64,000 bases of DNA from Plasmodiophora brassicae (lineage: Eukaryota), in contig CP145418.1 of NCBI GenBank assembly GCA_036867785.1, positions 1,054,001 through 1,118,000 of the forward strand, read 5' to 3'. How positions within the stretch are numbered: the first letter of the stretch is position 1; each line of letters begins with the position of its first letter. The position numbers were made by a program, and so were the translations under genes. The notes below the pieces were generated by a model. That model had not been told where the DNA came from, did not search any database, and worked only from the letters and a program-made list of their open reading frames with translations. This document shows positions 11,934 through 23,775 of the stretch, in pieces.

Positions 11934-14119
11934 ATGAGCGCCCGGCGGAGGAGTATGGCGGTCGGCGAGATTGCGTCGCCGTTCGGCCAGCAGCGGAAAG
12001 TTCGAACTGGTAGACGCGTCGGAAAGGCGACTGGGACCGTCAAGTCGGCGCCGTCGACGCCGCACGAGAAACCGCCCCTGCCGAGCGGTGCCTTTGCCCC
12101 AGATCTCGAAGTGAGCCGGCAGCCAAAAGAAAGTGGCCATGTGGTGGCTGTGCCGAAGCCGAATCCGAGTCCAATCGTGCCGGCGGAACCAGCGGTGCAA
12201 CAGCAGGATCCCGTCATCCCCACAGCACCGTCCGTGGACGGTAAGGACGAGCTCAGTCGCCTAGCGGCATGCCCTGCGGTGAAGGATGATTCGGCTGCTG
12301 GCTCTCGTGATGATGCTCTCGACATATTCGGTCTGTTGGCGGCCAAATTGGAATCTGGCACTCAGGCGACCCCCACCATGCGTGCCATTTGCGGATCGGT
12401 GCCACAGACGCCCTCGGCGCCCTCACTGAAGCGGAAACGGGTAACCTTCCTTGCGGGAGCAGTCGTCAATCATGACGTTTCCGCTTGGCTAACTGTACCG
12501 CTGCTGTAGGAATCATCGCCGTCGGCAATGACGAAGCCTGTCTTCAAGCGCAGCTTGTACAGGAACGAGGACGGCGATGTCGATCCCTGCCCGAACGTTA
12601 AACCGCGTGTTACGCTGCCGTCACCAGATCGCCTTGTCGAGAAACCGCCTGGACGATCGTGTGGCGTGGAGAAGCGGGCCCCGCTGGCCTGGAAGAGTTC
12701 TCGCGGCGCTGCTCTTGCTGCGGCCGCCAGCATGGCCCAGCCATCCGCACCTGCAACTCCAGCTAGGTCTGCGTCGTCGTTGTCACGACCAGCCATCTCG
12801 CCCGAGTCGTCATCTTGGCGACTTGACGCGAAACGCTTGCTGACACCTGGCCTACACCTACCTGTGCGACTTGAGGAGCTTCTAACGGTTCGTTGCATCG
12901 CCCTTGTTGGTGGGCCAGCATTGCTGAACGCGATGTTACAGGCGTTCAATGCCGTGGAGACGACGGTGAAGTTTCATCAGACTCGCCGGAGGCAGTCGGT
13001 CACGTTCCCGGAATTGGCCACCGGGGTACAATCGATTACCAAGCGCACCTTCACGCGCTCGATTTTGGCCCAAATCGTATACCTGTTCCCCGACGGCTTC
13101 AAGTTACACATTAAATCGTGCAAGGACCCAGATACAGGACGAACTGGTACACCTCCGTCTGCATCTGCGCTGCACGTGGCTGATTCGAACGCTGCTGCTG
13201 CATCAGAACATTTGCTAGCCGTAATGGGCACCGCGCTCCCGGGTTCGGGCGATCGCAATGATTTCGAGAACATGAAGCACCGCAGCTCCAAGTTCGAGTC
13301 ACGATTACGTGATACCACGTACTCCTGGTATTGCAAATGGATGGCGAAGGCACACCCAGGTGAAGCGGTGCCCCCATTGAAAGACCTGGAGTCATGGCGA
13401 CCCGACTTTCCAATTGACTCGTGCCCTCCTGTGGCGAGATGTGTACTACCTGTTCCGACAAACGCAGCGCCAAGCAGCAGCGACCTTGCTCGAGCTGTAG
13501 GCGGCGGCCCTGCTGAACGTGATGCGAATGCTGCAGTCACCCATGCTGCTAACGACGGCGATCACGAAAGCATCAAATCGGAGGACGTTCCTGATCAGCT
13601 CAAAGGCGCGCCGTTAGGCCTGATTCAGAAAATCCGCATGAAAGAAGCCGCTGCGAAACAACGTCAGGCAGAAGTCGGTACCGAGAAACAGATTGCAAGC
13701 GCAAGGTACATAGGCCAATTGGAATGCCCCGTTGAGTCGTAGCGGTTATTAACGTTGTCTTTCAGTGATATAAGCGCTCTTCCTGCGCTGGCCATGCTCA
13801 TCTATGGGATGTTCTCCACCATCGGCCGTCGTTCAATGGCATACAGGGAGGTTGTGGAGAAGCTCCACTTCAAGCTTCAGTATCAGTTTGTTTCAGAAGG
13901 TCCGTCGCGGTTGCGTCACCTGTTTGGCGACGCTGGCTGATTTTCAACTGTCCAGCTTCCCTTGAAGCCCGTCTAAGGCTCCTGCTCGAGCATGCGCCCG
14001 AGTTCTGTCAGCGGGTACAAGACGGACGCGCTGACGCCTTTGTTGTCGATATGACACGAGATATCTGCAAAGTCAGAGATCAGCTTCGTCTTTTAAAGAC
14101 CGGCGTCCCTGATGTCTAA
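11934..14119 (+). CDS. CDT1: DNA replication licensing factor Cdt1 (multi-exon; start uncertain)
   Basis: AFNAVETTV...VTFPELATGVQSITKRTFTRSILAQIVYLFPDGF matches the CDT1 domain; last exon SLEARLRLLLEHAPEF resembles CDT1_C. Confidence 0.75.
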
Positions 14120-14354
14120 TTAATCAAGCATGGAATGCCTGACATGCAGTCGCACACTTTTCTCGTTCGTCGGTTTGTTCAGCATTCGCACGCGACAATC
14201 CCAGTCGCACTTCGCGAACAGTCACGAAGTAGAGGTGCGGTGGATCGTACAATATGAGAGTACGGCGGCTGCTCCCAATTGTCTAGGCGCCCCCGGCCAG
14301 GATCCGGTAACGGTTCCTGGCCGCTCTTGTCCATGTGACAATGCGAAAGAATTT

Positions 14355-16140
14355 TTATTTCGCCCGGCGTAAATTATACGATTTGGTTCTTGTGAACGAG
14401 TTGAAAGCGAGATGGCTAAGCGATACGCCCTTGCCGCTGGCCTTCCTGCCAGACCATGGCAATTCGGGATCGAGGTAATCACACCTGTTCTGGAATACTA
14501 CATAGCTCGCTGGTAACTACCTAGACGGGTACGAACATAGCGGAACGAGGGAACCACAGACCTGTGCCAACGTCCAGTTTAGGAGCCTGAATGCATACAC
14601 ACCGTCATTAGCACACATAAGCAGCAGCGTGAGTTCCCTTCAGTTCTACCAGTTCGTTCGCGCGAGCGTTATCGGTTGTCCAGATTGAGGCAGTAAGACC
14701 GTACGGGCTGTCGTTCATGAAGTCGACGGCCTGTTCATCAGATGCGACACTCATAACGCCAACAACTGCATTAAGTAAGTGAGCGTGTTCAAGCAGTTCG
14801 TGACTGGTTCTATACAGCAGCTTACCAGGCCCGAAAGATTCTTCGACCATTAGCGACATCTCGTGAGTGCAATCGACCGCAAGCGTTGGCTGAAAGAATC
14901 GCCCCTGATTACAAGCGCGTTAGTCATCGTGCATAAGTGATCTCGGGGCAGATGACCTTGCCCGACGCATCGGTACATGGTTGGCCGCCTATGACGATCT
15001 GCGCCCCCAGCGACCTCGCTTGCTCGACTTGATCGCGTAGAAAGTCAGGTTGCCGCTTCTGTGCCACGGGTCCCATTGTCGTGAGAGAGTTCAGAGGATC
15101 TCCGAGGACATATTCCTCGGTAAGCGCCTTGGCGCGATCAATGAACTCCGAGTACACAGACTCGTGGACGTACACACGTTCGACACCGCAGCACGATTGC
15201 CCGGCATTATAGAATGCACCGTCAACCACGCCAGCCACCGCCTGCTCCAAATCGGCGTCCTCGCAGACGTAGGCGGCGTCCTTGCCGCCAAGCTCCAGGC
15301 CGACGTCAATGAACCGCTTCGCAACGGTTCCATACACCGCTCTTCCGCCTTCAACGGACCCGGTGAAGTTAACGAACGAGATTGCTGGGTGGGAAATCGC
15401 TTGCGCGACGCGGTCGTGAGACGCATGGAACCTGAACGTGAGGAACTGAGTACGCGAAACATTCTGCAGCATGCATGGCAGGCAACTACGCTTGAACAAG
15501 GCCACTGGGTGCACCAGCAGCGTCGAAGCATTCCGCGAAGGCATCGGCACACAGTGGTGTCCGATCAGACATCTTGACAAGGACGGAATTCCCTGCAGCA
15601 ATTGCTGGCACAAGGCTGTTGATCGCACACAGCATTGGATCTGAACACGTCAGCCGAGGCAGTACATCGAGCCGGGGCGGACATACAGTTCCAAGGGCAA
15701 AGCAAGAGCACGGGGCCAATCGGCTCGCGCGCGATCTTCCGTTGAATACCATCGCGATCGTCCAAGTGATAGTCAGCCAACGCATCTTCAGCAAAGGCCA
15801 TCATGGTTTTGGCCCTCGCCACGGTCGTCTTCATTTCGCCTTGCGCTTGCGAGAGCGGTTTACCCATCTGCATGCTGACCTGGCGGGCGAACGCGTCCGA
15901 TCTCGCCTCGAACGACTCGACAAATCTGGACAGCAATTGCAGGCGATCGGACACACGCGTCGTCGCCCAGGCGTCATGCGCGCTGGTCGCATCGTCGATC
16001 TGCGCCAGCATACGCGGCTCATCGACCTCGTCCACTTCGGCCACAGTCTCCCCCGTATACGGGTTGTCCACCGTCACCATCGAGCCCGCCCATCGTACCC
16101 GCCTGGGCACGCGCACCGCAACCCGCTTCGTCAGCATCAT
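14355..16140 (-). CDS. NAD(P)-dependent aldehyde dehydrogenase (multi-exon, possible mitochondrial presequence)
   Basis: PWN motif, FTGSVEGG, LELGGKDA, FYNAGQSCC, EESFGP, NDSPYGLTASIW, terminal exon DYLDPELPWSGRKASGKG. Confidence 0.93.
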
Positions 16141-16439
16141 GTCGACAGCGCCGAGACAGCAACGACGTGGCTTCGATTTTTGCCAACCGCTGTCGACTCG
16201 GTCTTCTGCCGTCCCCGTCTCGTCGATGTTCACCGTCGGCAGACTAACTTCAGCCCGACTCGCTTAGAACACGATCAATTCCCCCCAGTCGTTTACTGCT
16301 TATTAGACTGGATTCCTCTCAAACGCGAAGGACCGAGAACGCCAATGAGATGCGCCGCCCCGGGCCGCGTTTCGGGAGCCCGCGCCGTTGTGCGAGTGGG
16401 TCGGCCAGTGCGCGCTTTCGGTGGTCCCACACATTCGCG

Positions 16440-17175
16440 ATGTTCCTCGCGTTCGTGCATCGATGCTCGCGGTCGCAACTGTGGACGACCGGGCTGGTCC
16501 TGTTTCAAGTCCTTGTCCACGTCGTGATCATGCGCCTAGTGTCGGCGATTGTCGAGCGCGAAGCCCGGACGGTGACGCGGACGATCGACTTTTGGATTCC
16601 GGATGGAAGGTGACGATATGGCAATACGGAGCTGGGGGGCAATACGTACCGTGACCTGATGCGTCACTGACAGCTTCGGGTACGCGCCTGAGGACCTGCA
16701 TCATCTCTACAAGCAGTATGGCCCTGTCGCCCGGCTCAACTACGTCTGGGTGGAACTGTTCGATTACTTCCCGTATATCGTAACGTGTTAGGATCATTCC
16801 TGCGCCGTCCTGCCGCGCCATCTCCCCAGCTGACCGTCGTGTCGTTTCGCAGATGTGCTGCTAGGTGCCTGTCTCGTCGACCTGGCTTTGACCAAGTCGG
16901 GGTTACGGGCACGATTCGGCAAGCTAGTCGTTGTGCCAGTTCTGATGGGGACAATGGACGCCATTGAAAACGCTTGCAACATCTACACCGACGTCACATA
17001 CGTCGAGGGCGGCATGAGCCAGGCCTGGATCGCAGTTGCCCAGGTTGGCGCCGTTGTAACTCGCGCTAAGTACGTCCTGCTGGCCGTGACCATGATCGTT
17101 ATTGTGCTCGCGGGAATCTTGGCGTTCGCGAAAACAGCCATCCGCCCATCTGCGAAGGCCACGAAACACCAATGA
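16440..17175 (+). CDS. Small multi-pass membrane protein of unknown function (multi-exon)
   Basis: Hydrophobic segments in successive exons separated by GT-AG introns; last exon LVVVPVLMGTMDAIENAC...KYVLLAVTMIVIVLAGILAF. Confidence 0.55.
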
Positions 17176-17411
17176 ATTTCATGCGCCTCCGTCTGATCGC
17201 ATTCAGAGGGATGGTCTAAACAGACCGTCCAGCGGCGATCGGTACGAATGCAGTGTTTGTCGTCTCCATTCCTCGCGGTCTGACGGGCCAACAAGTCGTG
17301 TCCCGTGTTTATCACGGAAAGTAACGGTTCAGAATCCATTGGAATGTAGTGATGACGGAAACCGACGAATGGCGCGCATTGACGGCTACAGTGACGGTTA
17401 CAAACAGTCCG

Positions 17412-18185
17412 TTATGTGGAGATATCGTTAGTTGTAGGAGCGGATGCGTTACGGTCAGCAAGTCGAAACGTTCCAGAGTCACGTTCCTCAATGATGTGGA
17501 TGATGGGATACTCCACGACGACAGACTGGACGAGCGCCTGTCGAAGCGTCATCGACGGTGACAACCTCCGGAACGGGGCCGTTCCAACAGCGGGCGCCAG
17601 CAGAAACGCACGCGTCGTCCCTTCACTCAACTTTGAAAGACGATGTCTGGTGACGGCATCGCGATTGATGACTCTGTCGACGATATCGACGATCGGCGTA
17701 TCCTCGTCGATGCGGTGCAGGGTGATCGATTCGGCGTCGGCGGTGCCGAACACCAGTCCGAGTGACCAGAAGATCTTGGACGCCGCCGTGTCGAAGATGG
17801 AGCGGTTCAGACGACGACGCGTCATACCCGGCGGCATCAGGCGCAGGTCGATCTGACGCGGCGACGACTTGCACGCGCTAGCGAGCTTGTTCAAGAACAC
17901 GGGCTGTTTCCTCCTCGACGATACGGTCCTCAATTCGCGATCGGAACGACCGCGGATAACAGACACCTCCTCGAGGAACGCGAAATCGTCAACCAGCTGC
18001 CGATCGGAGAAGTCGCGGACCGCCACGAACCCCGTCCGGCTGCGCACGCCATCGCACAGCGCGTCCAGCTTGTGTCGTTTCACGCATGCCACACTGCACG
18101 TGCGCTGCTGGCACTTCGGGCACCGGTACCGCGCCACGCCCGCGCTGCAGACGGCGCACGCCAACGTGGTCGTCGCGCCCACCAT
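17412..18185 (-). CDS. BCD1: Box C/D snoRNP assembly protein Bcd1/ZNHIT6-like (zf-HIT)
   Basis: CAVC...YRCPKC...TCSVACVKRHK..C.G.R zf-HIT, then DFAFLEE, MPPGMTRRRLNRS, WSL, LRQAL...VVEYPIIHI. Confidence 0.85.
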   Translation of the reverse strand: MVGATTTLACAVCSAGVARYRCPKCQQRTCSVACVKRHKLDALCDGVRSRTGFVAVRDFSDRQLVDDFAFLEEVSVIRGRSDRELRTVSSRRKQPVFLNKLASACKSSPRQIDLRLMPPGMTRRRLNRSIFDTAASKIFWSLGLVFGTADAESITLHRIDEDTPIVDIVDRVINRDAVTRHRLSKLSEGTTRAFLLAPAVGTAPFRRLSPSMTLRQALVQSVVVEYPIIHIIEERDSGTFRLADRNASAPTTNDIST

Positions 18186-18408
18186 GGCCCACGCAGTGTG
18201 CCGCAATCAAAACTCCGCGATGCCGTCTGCAGCTCTCCGACGGTGACGTGACGACTGGGGGCCGTTCGCAATGGCGTGCCGCCACTCGCGTCATTCTTAG
18301 GTAGCGAATACAACATGGCATTTATGCGGTTCCGTGGACCCATCCGATGCACCCATGTCGTTGACGAACGCCGAAACACGTGTATTTCGTCGAGATCGCG
18401 AGCCGCCG

Positions 18409-19053
18409 TTACGCGTGCGGCGGGACGAGCGTGTACTGCGCCTGCGGGTCGGCGAACTTGTACCGGGCGTGGTGGGCGCGCATGAGCGCCAACACAGCAA
18501 CCAGGCCGACGACGAGGATTGAGGCGCCGGACACGACGAGAAGAATGAGGAGCTTTGAATTGTGCGGTGGCGGGCCGATCGGCGACTTCCTGACGGACAT
18601 GCCCATCTGCTCGTCGTCTGCGTCTGTGCCCTGGGATGGCGGGGTAAACGTGACCGGGACGTCGACGGGATCTGTGGACGTGTCTGGGCCTTCAACGGGA
18701 ACGTGGCGAATGCGTTGAACGGGAATATCGACCGGCCCTTCAGGGCGATCCGGCCCGTCGACGGGAACCTTGCGATGGAACGTGCTGGACAGGAGCGGGC
18801 GAGATGTGAATTTCGCCCCGAATCGACGTGCAATGATCACACGGATTCGTGACCATCGACGAACAACGTGCCCGTCCTCGTCTTTCGTGATCGTCGACGG
18901 CCTCGTGAAGCTGAACGATCGGATCAACCAGTGCGGTTTCGGGGCGCTTGTCCCCGTGCCTCTCATGTCGTCATAGTGGCCCCGTGGTGCCTCCCGACAG
19001 GCAGCGCAGCACACCAGCAGGACGACGGCGACGGCAGCCACGATGCGATGCAT
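18409..19053 (-). CDS. Type I membrane protein (signal peptide, Pro-rich stalk, one TM, short tail)
   Basis: MHRIVAAVAVVLLVCCAAC signal; duplicated VPV(D/E)GPD..PVD(I/V)PV unit; TM LLILLVVSGASILVVGLVAVLAL; tail with YTLV. Confidence 0.65.
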   Translation of the reverse strand: MHRIVAAVAVVLLVCCAACREAPRGHYDDMRGTGTSAPKPHWLIRSFSFTRPSTITKDEDGHVVRRWSRIRVIIARRFGAKFTSRPLLSSTFHRKVPVDGPDRPEGPVDIPVQRIRHVPVEGPDTSTDPVDVPVTFTPPSQGTDADDEQMGMSVRKSPIGPPPHNSKLLILLVVSGASILVVGLVAVLALMRAHHARYKFADPQAQYTLVPPHA

Positions 19054-19187
19054 GTCTCGCAGGAATGAACAAATAGAGCGGGCCGATGAACCTCCGAGCA
19101 GAGCGCTCCGGCCACGAGCTCTCGCCGGTTCCGTTCCTGCCACGACAACTATATGGCTGAACGTGTATAAATAGCAGGGAGTTGACG

Positions 19188-20196
19188 TCAAAGGCCTCTC
19201 TCGGCGAGGACGCCGGCGACCCCGTCGCGATAGAACGGTATCGCTTTGAACGTCGACATGGACCCAGGCAGGACCCAGTTCACCTATTACGAGCGTCAGA
19301 AGGCGCACTAATCCCTCCCCACATATGCCCAGGCGTCCGACGCACCTGCTCGTAATGGTCGGCGGCGATCGTGCCAAGGTATTCGCCCCAATTGGCGCTG
19401 GTGACCGATACGAGCCCGTCGTTGCGGCCCTCGCGGCCCTCGATGTACGAATGTGGCAACCGCAACAGGTAGGGCATCTGGTCGACGGGCTTGCTGGCGC
19501 CGTACGAGAAGTACTTCACGTCCGGGTGGTCGGGCGTCGTCTGGTTGAACTTGACCAGCGACGACGTTTTCAGGTCGCGGAACGAGTTCGTCTCAACGCC
19601 GACCAGCTGGAACAGCGCTTCCAGTTTCATCCATTCGCCGATGGTCTCCATGCCCCAATCCGCTAAGGTCGTCCCCCGATGCTAACGTTGCCCGAATCAG
19701 CGACCGATACAGGAGCAGGCACGACGACCCGAACCGGTGTGGCGATGGTCGTCAGCGACGCGACGCAACGGTGACCTTCCAGATGGGTAATCAGCCATCG
19801 GGCATCGAGGCCGCCGAGGCTATGCGCCACCAGGTTCAGCTTGGCGTCCGGCTTCAGCCGTTTCGTTGCGAACAGCTCGCGAATATACAGCAGCAGCGCC
19901 GCCGCGCGCCGCTCGATCCCGGCAAACGTCGGGATCTTCGGCTCGAACACTGAACGGGCGGCATGACCCAACGATTAACATGGCATCATCGTCCCTGACG
20001 ACCGACCTTCGCACCCCATCTCGGTGAGCGCCTCGCCGACCTTCAGGAAGTACGGTATGTGCAGGTACCGGCCGACGTCCATGAGCCCATGGCACAGGAC
20101 GATCGGGTGCCTCGGGCAGCAGGACGAACACGGGGTCGGCGCCCCGGCGGCGGCACTGCTGGCCAGCCGTCGTGCCAGACCCGCCGCAGCGCGCAT
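19188..20196 (-). CDS. Triacylglycerol lipase, Tgl2-like alpha/beta hydrolase (multi-exon)
   Basis: PIVLCHGL oxyanion motif, nucleophile elbow AHSLGGLDAR, SLTTIATP, NDGLVSVTSANWG, DHYEQ; last exon ends LAERGL*. Confidence 0.88.
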
Positions 20197-20280
20197 TCCA
20201 CGCTGCCTACGGTAGTCAGGCCCAACGATAAAAATGTGGCAGCCCAGTGGACAACACTGCAGCAGCACTGCAGCAGGGCG

Positions 20281-20343
20281 GCAGTCGGCACTGCGCCGTG
20301 GAACTGCACTCTGCAGCAGTCGGCACTCCGCCGTGGAACTGCA
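20281..20343. repeat. Short direct repeat in divergent promoter region
   Basis: gcagtcggcact[g/c]cgccgtggaactgca twice, period 35 nt. Confidence 0.7.
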
Positions 20344-20512
20344 GCACCGCGACGGTTCGGTCGACGAACGAACCGTCGTGGTTCCGTCGGGTCCAGTCCC
20401 GGGGACCGGACTGGTTTTACCAGTGGGCCATGCAAGAATGACGATTCCGGGCAGCCGATCGCCCGTTTAAACGGCGGTTTATATATACGGGTACGACGAT
20501 CGCGGTGCGGGC

Positions 20513-21502
20513 ATGACGGTGGACGTCGAGACGGTTGTCCCTGCAGATGCGGGCGCGTCGACGTCGGGTGTCCTGGAGGTGTTCGTGGGAACCTGGAACC
20601 TGCACGCCCAGACGCCCGGCGACGACCTGTCGACCTTCATCCCGGTTGGCAGGTACGATGTGTACGCGATCGGGACCGAAGAGTGCGGGCAGTCCATGCA
20701 GGTCGCCATGGTCTACGACGACAAGTCGAAATGGGAGCGGCAACTATCGGAGCACTTGGGCCCGGATATGGCCCTGCTGCAGAGCGCCACGCTGAACGCC
20801 ATCCACCTGGTCGTCTTCGTTCGGAAACGCCTGCTCGCCGTCGTCACCGACTTGTCGTCCGCGAGTGTGGCGACGGGCATCGGGAACGTCATCGGCAACA
20901 AGGGCGGGGTCGGCATCGCCGCACGGTTCGGCGCGACAACGATCGCCTTCGTCAACTGCCATTTCCATGCGCACGACAGCGCCGTGGAGCAACGCAACAG
21001 CGACTACCACGCCATCAACGAGCAGTTGGCCCTGGCCGGCCGGAACGGCCGCCTGACCTCCGACGCGTTCGACGTCGTGTTCTGGTTCGGCGACCTGAAC
21101 TACCGGATCGAGGGCGGCCGCCGCATGATCGACTCGCTGCTTCGTCATGGCATGCTGGAGGTGATGATGGCCAACGAGCAACTCGCCAGGGAGATGCGCA
21201 AAGGCGCCGTCTTCGCCGGGTTCCTCGAAGGACCCATTGATTTCCTCCCGTCGTACAAGTTCGACAAGAACAGCGACGTCTACGACAGCTCGCCGAAGCA
21301 ACGTGTCCCATCGTGGACCGACCGGATCCTGTGGAGGAGCAACCGACACGTGACGCAGGTCAAGTACGGCAGCGTCGCCAACCTGAGGACCTCCGATCAT
21401 CGCCCCGTCTACGCCACGTTTCGCGTGCAGTGTGACGCCCCCGACCCGGCATTGTCGCCCAGCGCTGCCGACAAAGCACGACCATACTGCCTAGTGCAAT
21501 AG
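20513..21502 (+). CDS. Inositol polyphosphate 5-phosphatase, INPP5E-like, with C-terminal CaaX
   Basis: VGTWN, GNKGGV, FWFGDLNYRI, PSYKFD, PSWTDRILW, SDHRPV; ends CLVQ*. Confidence 0.92.
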   Translation: MTVDVETVVPADAGASTSGVLEVFVGTWNLHAQTPGDDLSTFIPVGRYDVYAIGTEECGQSMQVAMVYDDKSKWERQLSEHLGPDMALLQSATLNAIHLVVFVRKRLLAVVTDLSSASVATGIGNVIGNKGGVGIAARFGATTIAFVNCHFHAHDSAVEQRNSDYHAINEQLALAGRNGRLTSDAFDVVFWFGDLNYRIEGGRRMIDSLLRHGMLEVMMANEQLAREMRKGAVFAGFLEGPIDFLPSYKFDKNSDVYDSSPKQRVPSWTDRILWRSNRHVTQVKYGSVANLRTSDHRPVYATFRVQCDAPDPALSPSAADKARPYCLVQ

Positions 21503-21523
21503 CCTGTGGATAATATATAACGG

Positions 21524-23140
21524 TTAGGCGCTGGAGGGCTGCCTGCAGCAGGCGAGGACGCTGGCGAAGAACTCGGCGACAGGGCGCCGGTCGATGTTGT
21601 TCAGGCAGATGCGCTCGAGAAGGTCGCGAAGCGCGGCAGTCGGAACGGTGTCGCGATGCTGGGGTTTCACGCTGACCTGCTCCAGCAGAGCGAACAGGAT
21701 GCCGACGACTTCTTCGGGAGCGAGCGCGCCCAGGACGCTGGCAGACATGGGCGACACTAGGTCAGGGAGCATGTCCAGCGCCCGCATCATCTGGAACACG
21801 GATAGCGATCGTTCGATGGTGGCCTTGGACACCGGCTGAGACCAGGAGCGGATCAGACCCAGCAGCAGGCTGCGAGCCACGGGCAGGAATTGTTCGCGGC
21901 CGACCGGCCCCACCAGGCTGACCACTTTGAATAGCGACGGCGCCGCCCCGAATGCAGTGATCGTTGCCAGGTCGAACGCATGCAGCGGCGCCTTGAACAG
22001 GACAGACGGAACACCAGCGGGTGGCGCGCTCGAACATCGAAGCCTGTCGGCCAGCAACGTTCGTAACGCGCCCGCCCGGTATTCGTTGCCGCGCCCTACG
22101 ACGGACGCCAACAGATGGAACAGCGTTGGATCGTCGTCCTTGCACGATACGAGCTGGCTGAAGACCGTCGCCAGTGTCAGCAGGAACGCATCGGGCGCGC
22201 CACGGGCCAACCTGCCAATCGCCTTGTCGACATGGTCATGCGGCGCGTGCTGGCGAACGCGAAGCATCTCCTGGCACAGCGTCCAATTCTGCAATCGCCA
22301 ACGGGGCAGCGGAAGGCGTCCGAGCGCTTGTGCCGCTGCCTGGCGCACACGCTCGTCGCGATAGTCGACGAGCGCGACCAGCGGCAGCCAGAAGCGCTCA
22401 TCCCGTGTGACGCTTGACACGCAATGAAGCAGGACGTCGCATGGAGCGGACGGCGTCAGCAGGACGTCGACAACGGCGTCAGGGCAGGCCGCCAGCAGTG
22501 GCCGTTTCGCCCAAAGCAGAGCGACAGAGATCGGATGCGGCGACGGCGCCGATTCAAGGATGCCTGTTGCCCAGCGACAGTCAAGGTTGATCAGGGCGTT
22601 GACGGATGGTTGCGGGAGGTCGAACGGGGCCGATTGGTACGCTCGGCAGGCGTCACCGCCGATTGCATCCGGCGCACGACCGATCAGAGACGCTGCACCA
22701 TGCCGGATGCAGTGCAGGAGGAGGTCGACTGTGAAACTGGGCATGATTCGAAGCGGCGCGGGCGCGAGGAGCGATGGACATTGCAGGAGAACGGCGGTGA
22801 CAAGATCAGGCGGACGCGAGGCCAGAGCGCTGAGGACGGAGACACGATGCCGATTGGCGACATCGTCGGTTAGCGCATTGGAGTCGATAACGGCGCCGAG
22901 CAGGTCGACAGGTCGTGCAGAGACGGCATCAGCGATGGGGACGCGCGGAATCAGATCGGCGATGGGGACGCCGGCAACGGCAGCCAGGTGCAGGACGAGA
23001 TCGATCAGGCCAGGGGTGTCCTCCGGCAGACGGTCCAGGACGCAGTCGAGTAGCGCGGCCGGCGCTTGGGACGCGACGATGCCGGCGACGACGTGCGGCG
23101 GCCATGGCAACGGCAGCGCACGAAGCGCGTCCGCATCCAT
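21524..23140 (-). CDS. Hypothetical Leu/Ala-rich, probably alpha-helical protein (538 aa)
   Basis: Long uninterrupted ORF with protein-like composition; no family motif recognised. Confidence 0.65.
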   Translation of the reverse strand: MDADALRALPLPWPPHVVAGIVASQAPAALLDCVLDRLPEDTPGLIDLVLHLAAVAGVPIADLIPRVPIADAVSARPVDLLGAVIDSNALTDDVANRHRVSVLSALASRPPDLVTAVLLQCPSLLAPAPLRIMPSFTVDLLLHCIRHGAASLIGRAPDAIGGDACRAYQSAPFDLPQPSVNALINLDCRWATGILESAPSPHPISVALLWAKRPLLAACPDAVVDVLLTPSAPCDVLLHCVSSVTRDERFWLPLVALVDYRDERVRQAAAQALGRLPLPRWRLQNWTLCQEMLRVRQHAPHDHVDKAIGRLARGAPDAFLLTLATVFSQLVSCKDDDPTLFHLLASVVGRGNEYRAGALRTLLADRLRCSSAPPAGVPSVLFKAPLHAFDLATITAFGAAPSLFKVVSLVGPVGREQFLPVARSLLLGLIRSWSQPVSKATIERSLSVFQMMRALDMLPDLVSPMSASVLGALAPEEVVGILFALLEQVSVKPQHRDTVPTAALRDLLERICLNNIDRRPVAEFFASVLACCRQPSSA

Positions 23141-23492
23141 TTGGCGACGTTGGTTGTCGGCCGCGCAACAGACGACCGCCGTTTTCTTCTGACCCCAGGT
23201 CCCACCGGTCGGTCATCATGCATCGTTGTGCGGCAGGTGGCGTCGTATATTATTACCGATGGACAACGTATACGACTTCGTAGGCCGTAGTAGTGCTACC
23301 TGCAGTGACACTGGGGTTCCCCGCCCGGGGGCATTACATGTGCGCAGCGATTCCCTGCCAGCAGGTCTGTACCGTAGTCAGGCATGTACTTACTACGTTA
23401 TACTGCAAGTCGAGGGCAGTTGGCATCGTTGACGTCGGTCGTTGTGAGGTCGGCGACTTGAGCCGGGAATGACGTCCATTGCGCGGCAGCTG

Positions 23493-23564
23493 TCCCGCGT
23501 ACGTCAGTGGTAGACTATTTGCCTTCTAAGCAAAAGGGCATGGGTTCAACCCCCATCGCGGGAG
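23493..23564 (+). tRNA. tRNA-Arg (anticodon TCT), intronless
   Basis: Acceptor stem TCCCGCG/CGCGGGA; D-loop AGTGGTA; anticodon arm TTTGC-CTTCTAA-GCAAA; T-arm ATGGG-TTCAACC-CCCAT; T5 terminator at 23568-23572. Confidence 0.93.
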
Positions 23565-23775
23565 GCCTTTTTCGCACTGTTTTGTAGTTTCTGCGTGCGG
23601 TCCGAGGCCTGGCCTGAACTGGGATGCCTGGCGTGCTATGTACATAGACGTCTGCGTCGCCGCCCTTTGCGTTCAAGTCTGGTGGTGACCGAAATTTGTT
23701 TATTCAGAGCATGAACGCTGGTTTCTGACGACGGCGAACGACTTTATTTTTGGCCGCGAACACGCGAGCCTGCGA

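Noticed and set aside
23663-23755. U4 or U5 snRNA assignment (CTTTGCG...GCTGGTT...ATTTTTGG)
   Set aside because: U6-pairing stem II is incomplete, no clear K-turn, and no U5 loop GCCTTTTAC; kept only as an unassigned candidate RNA
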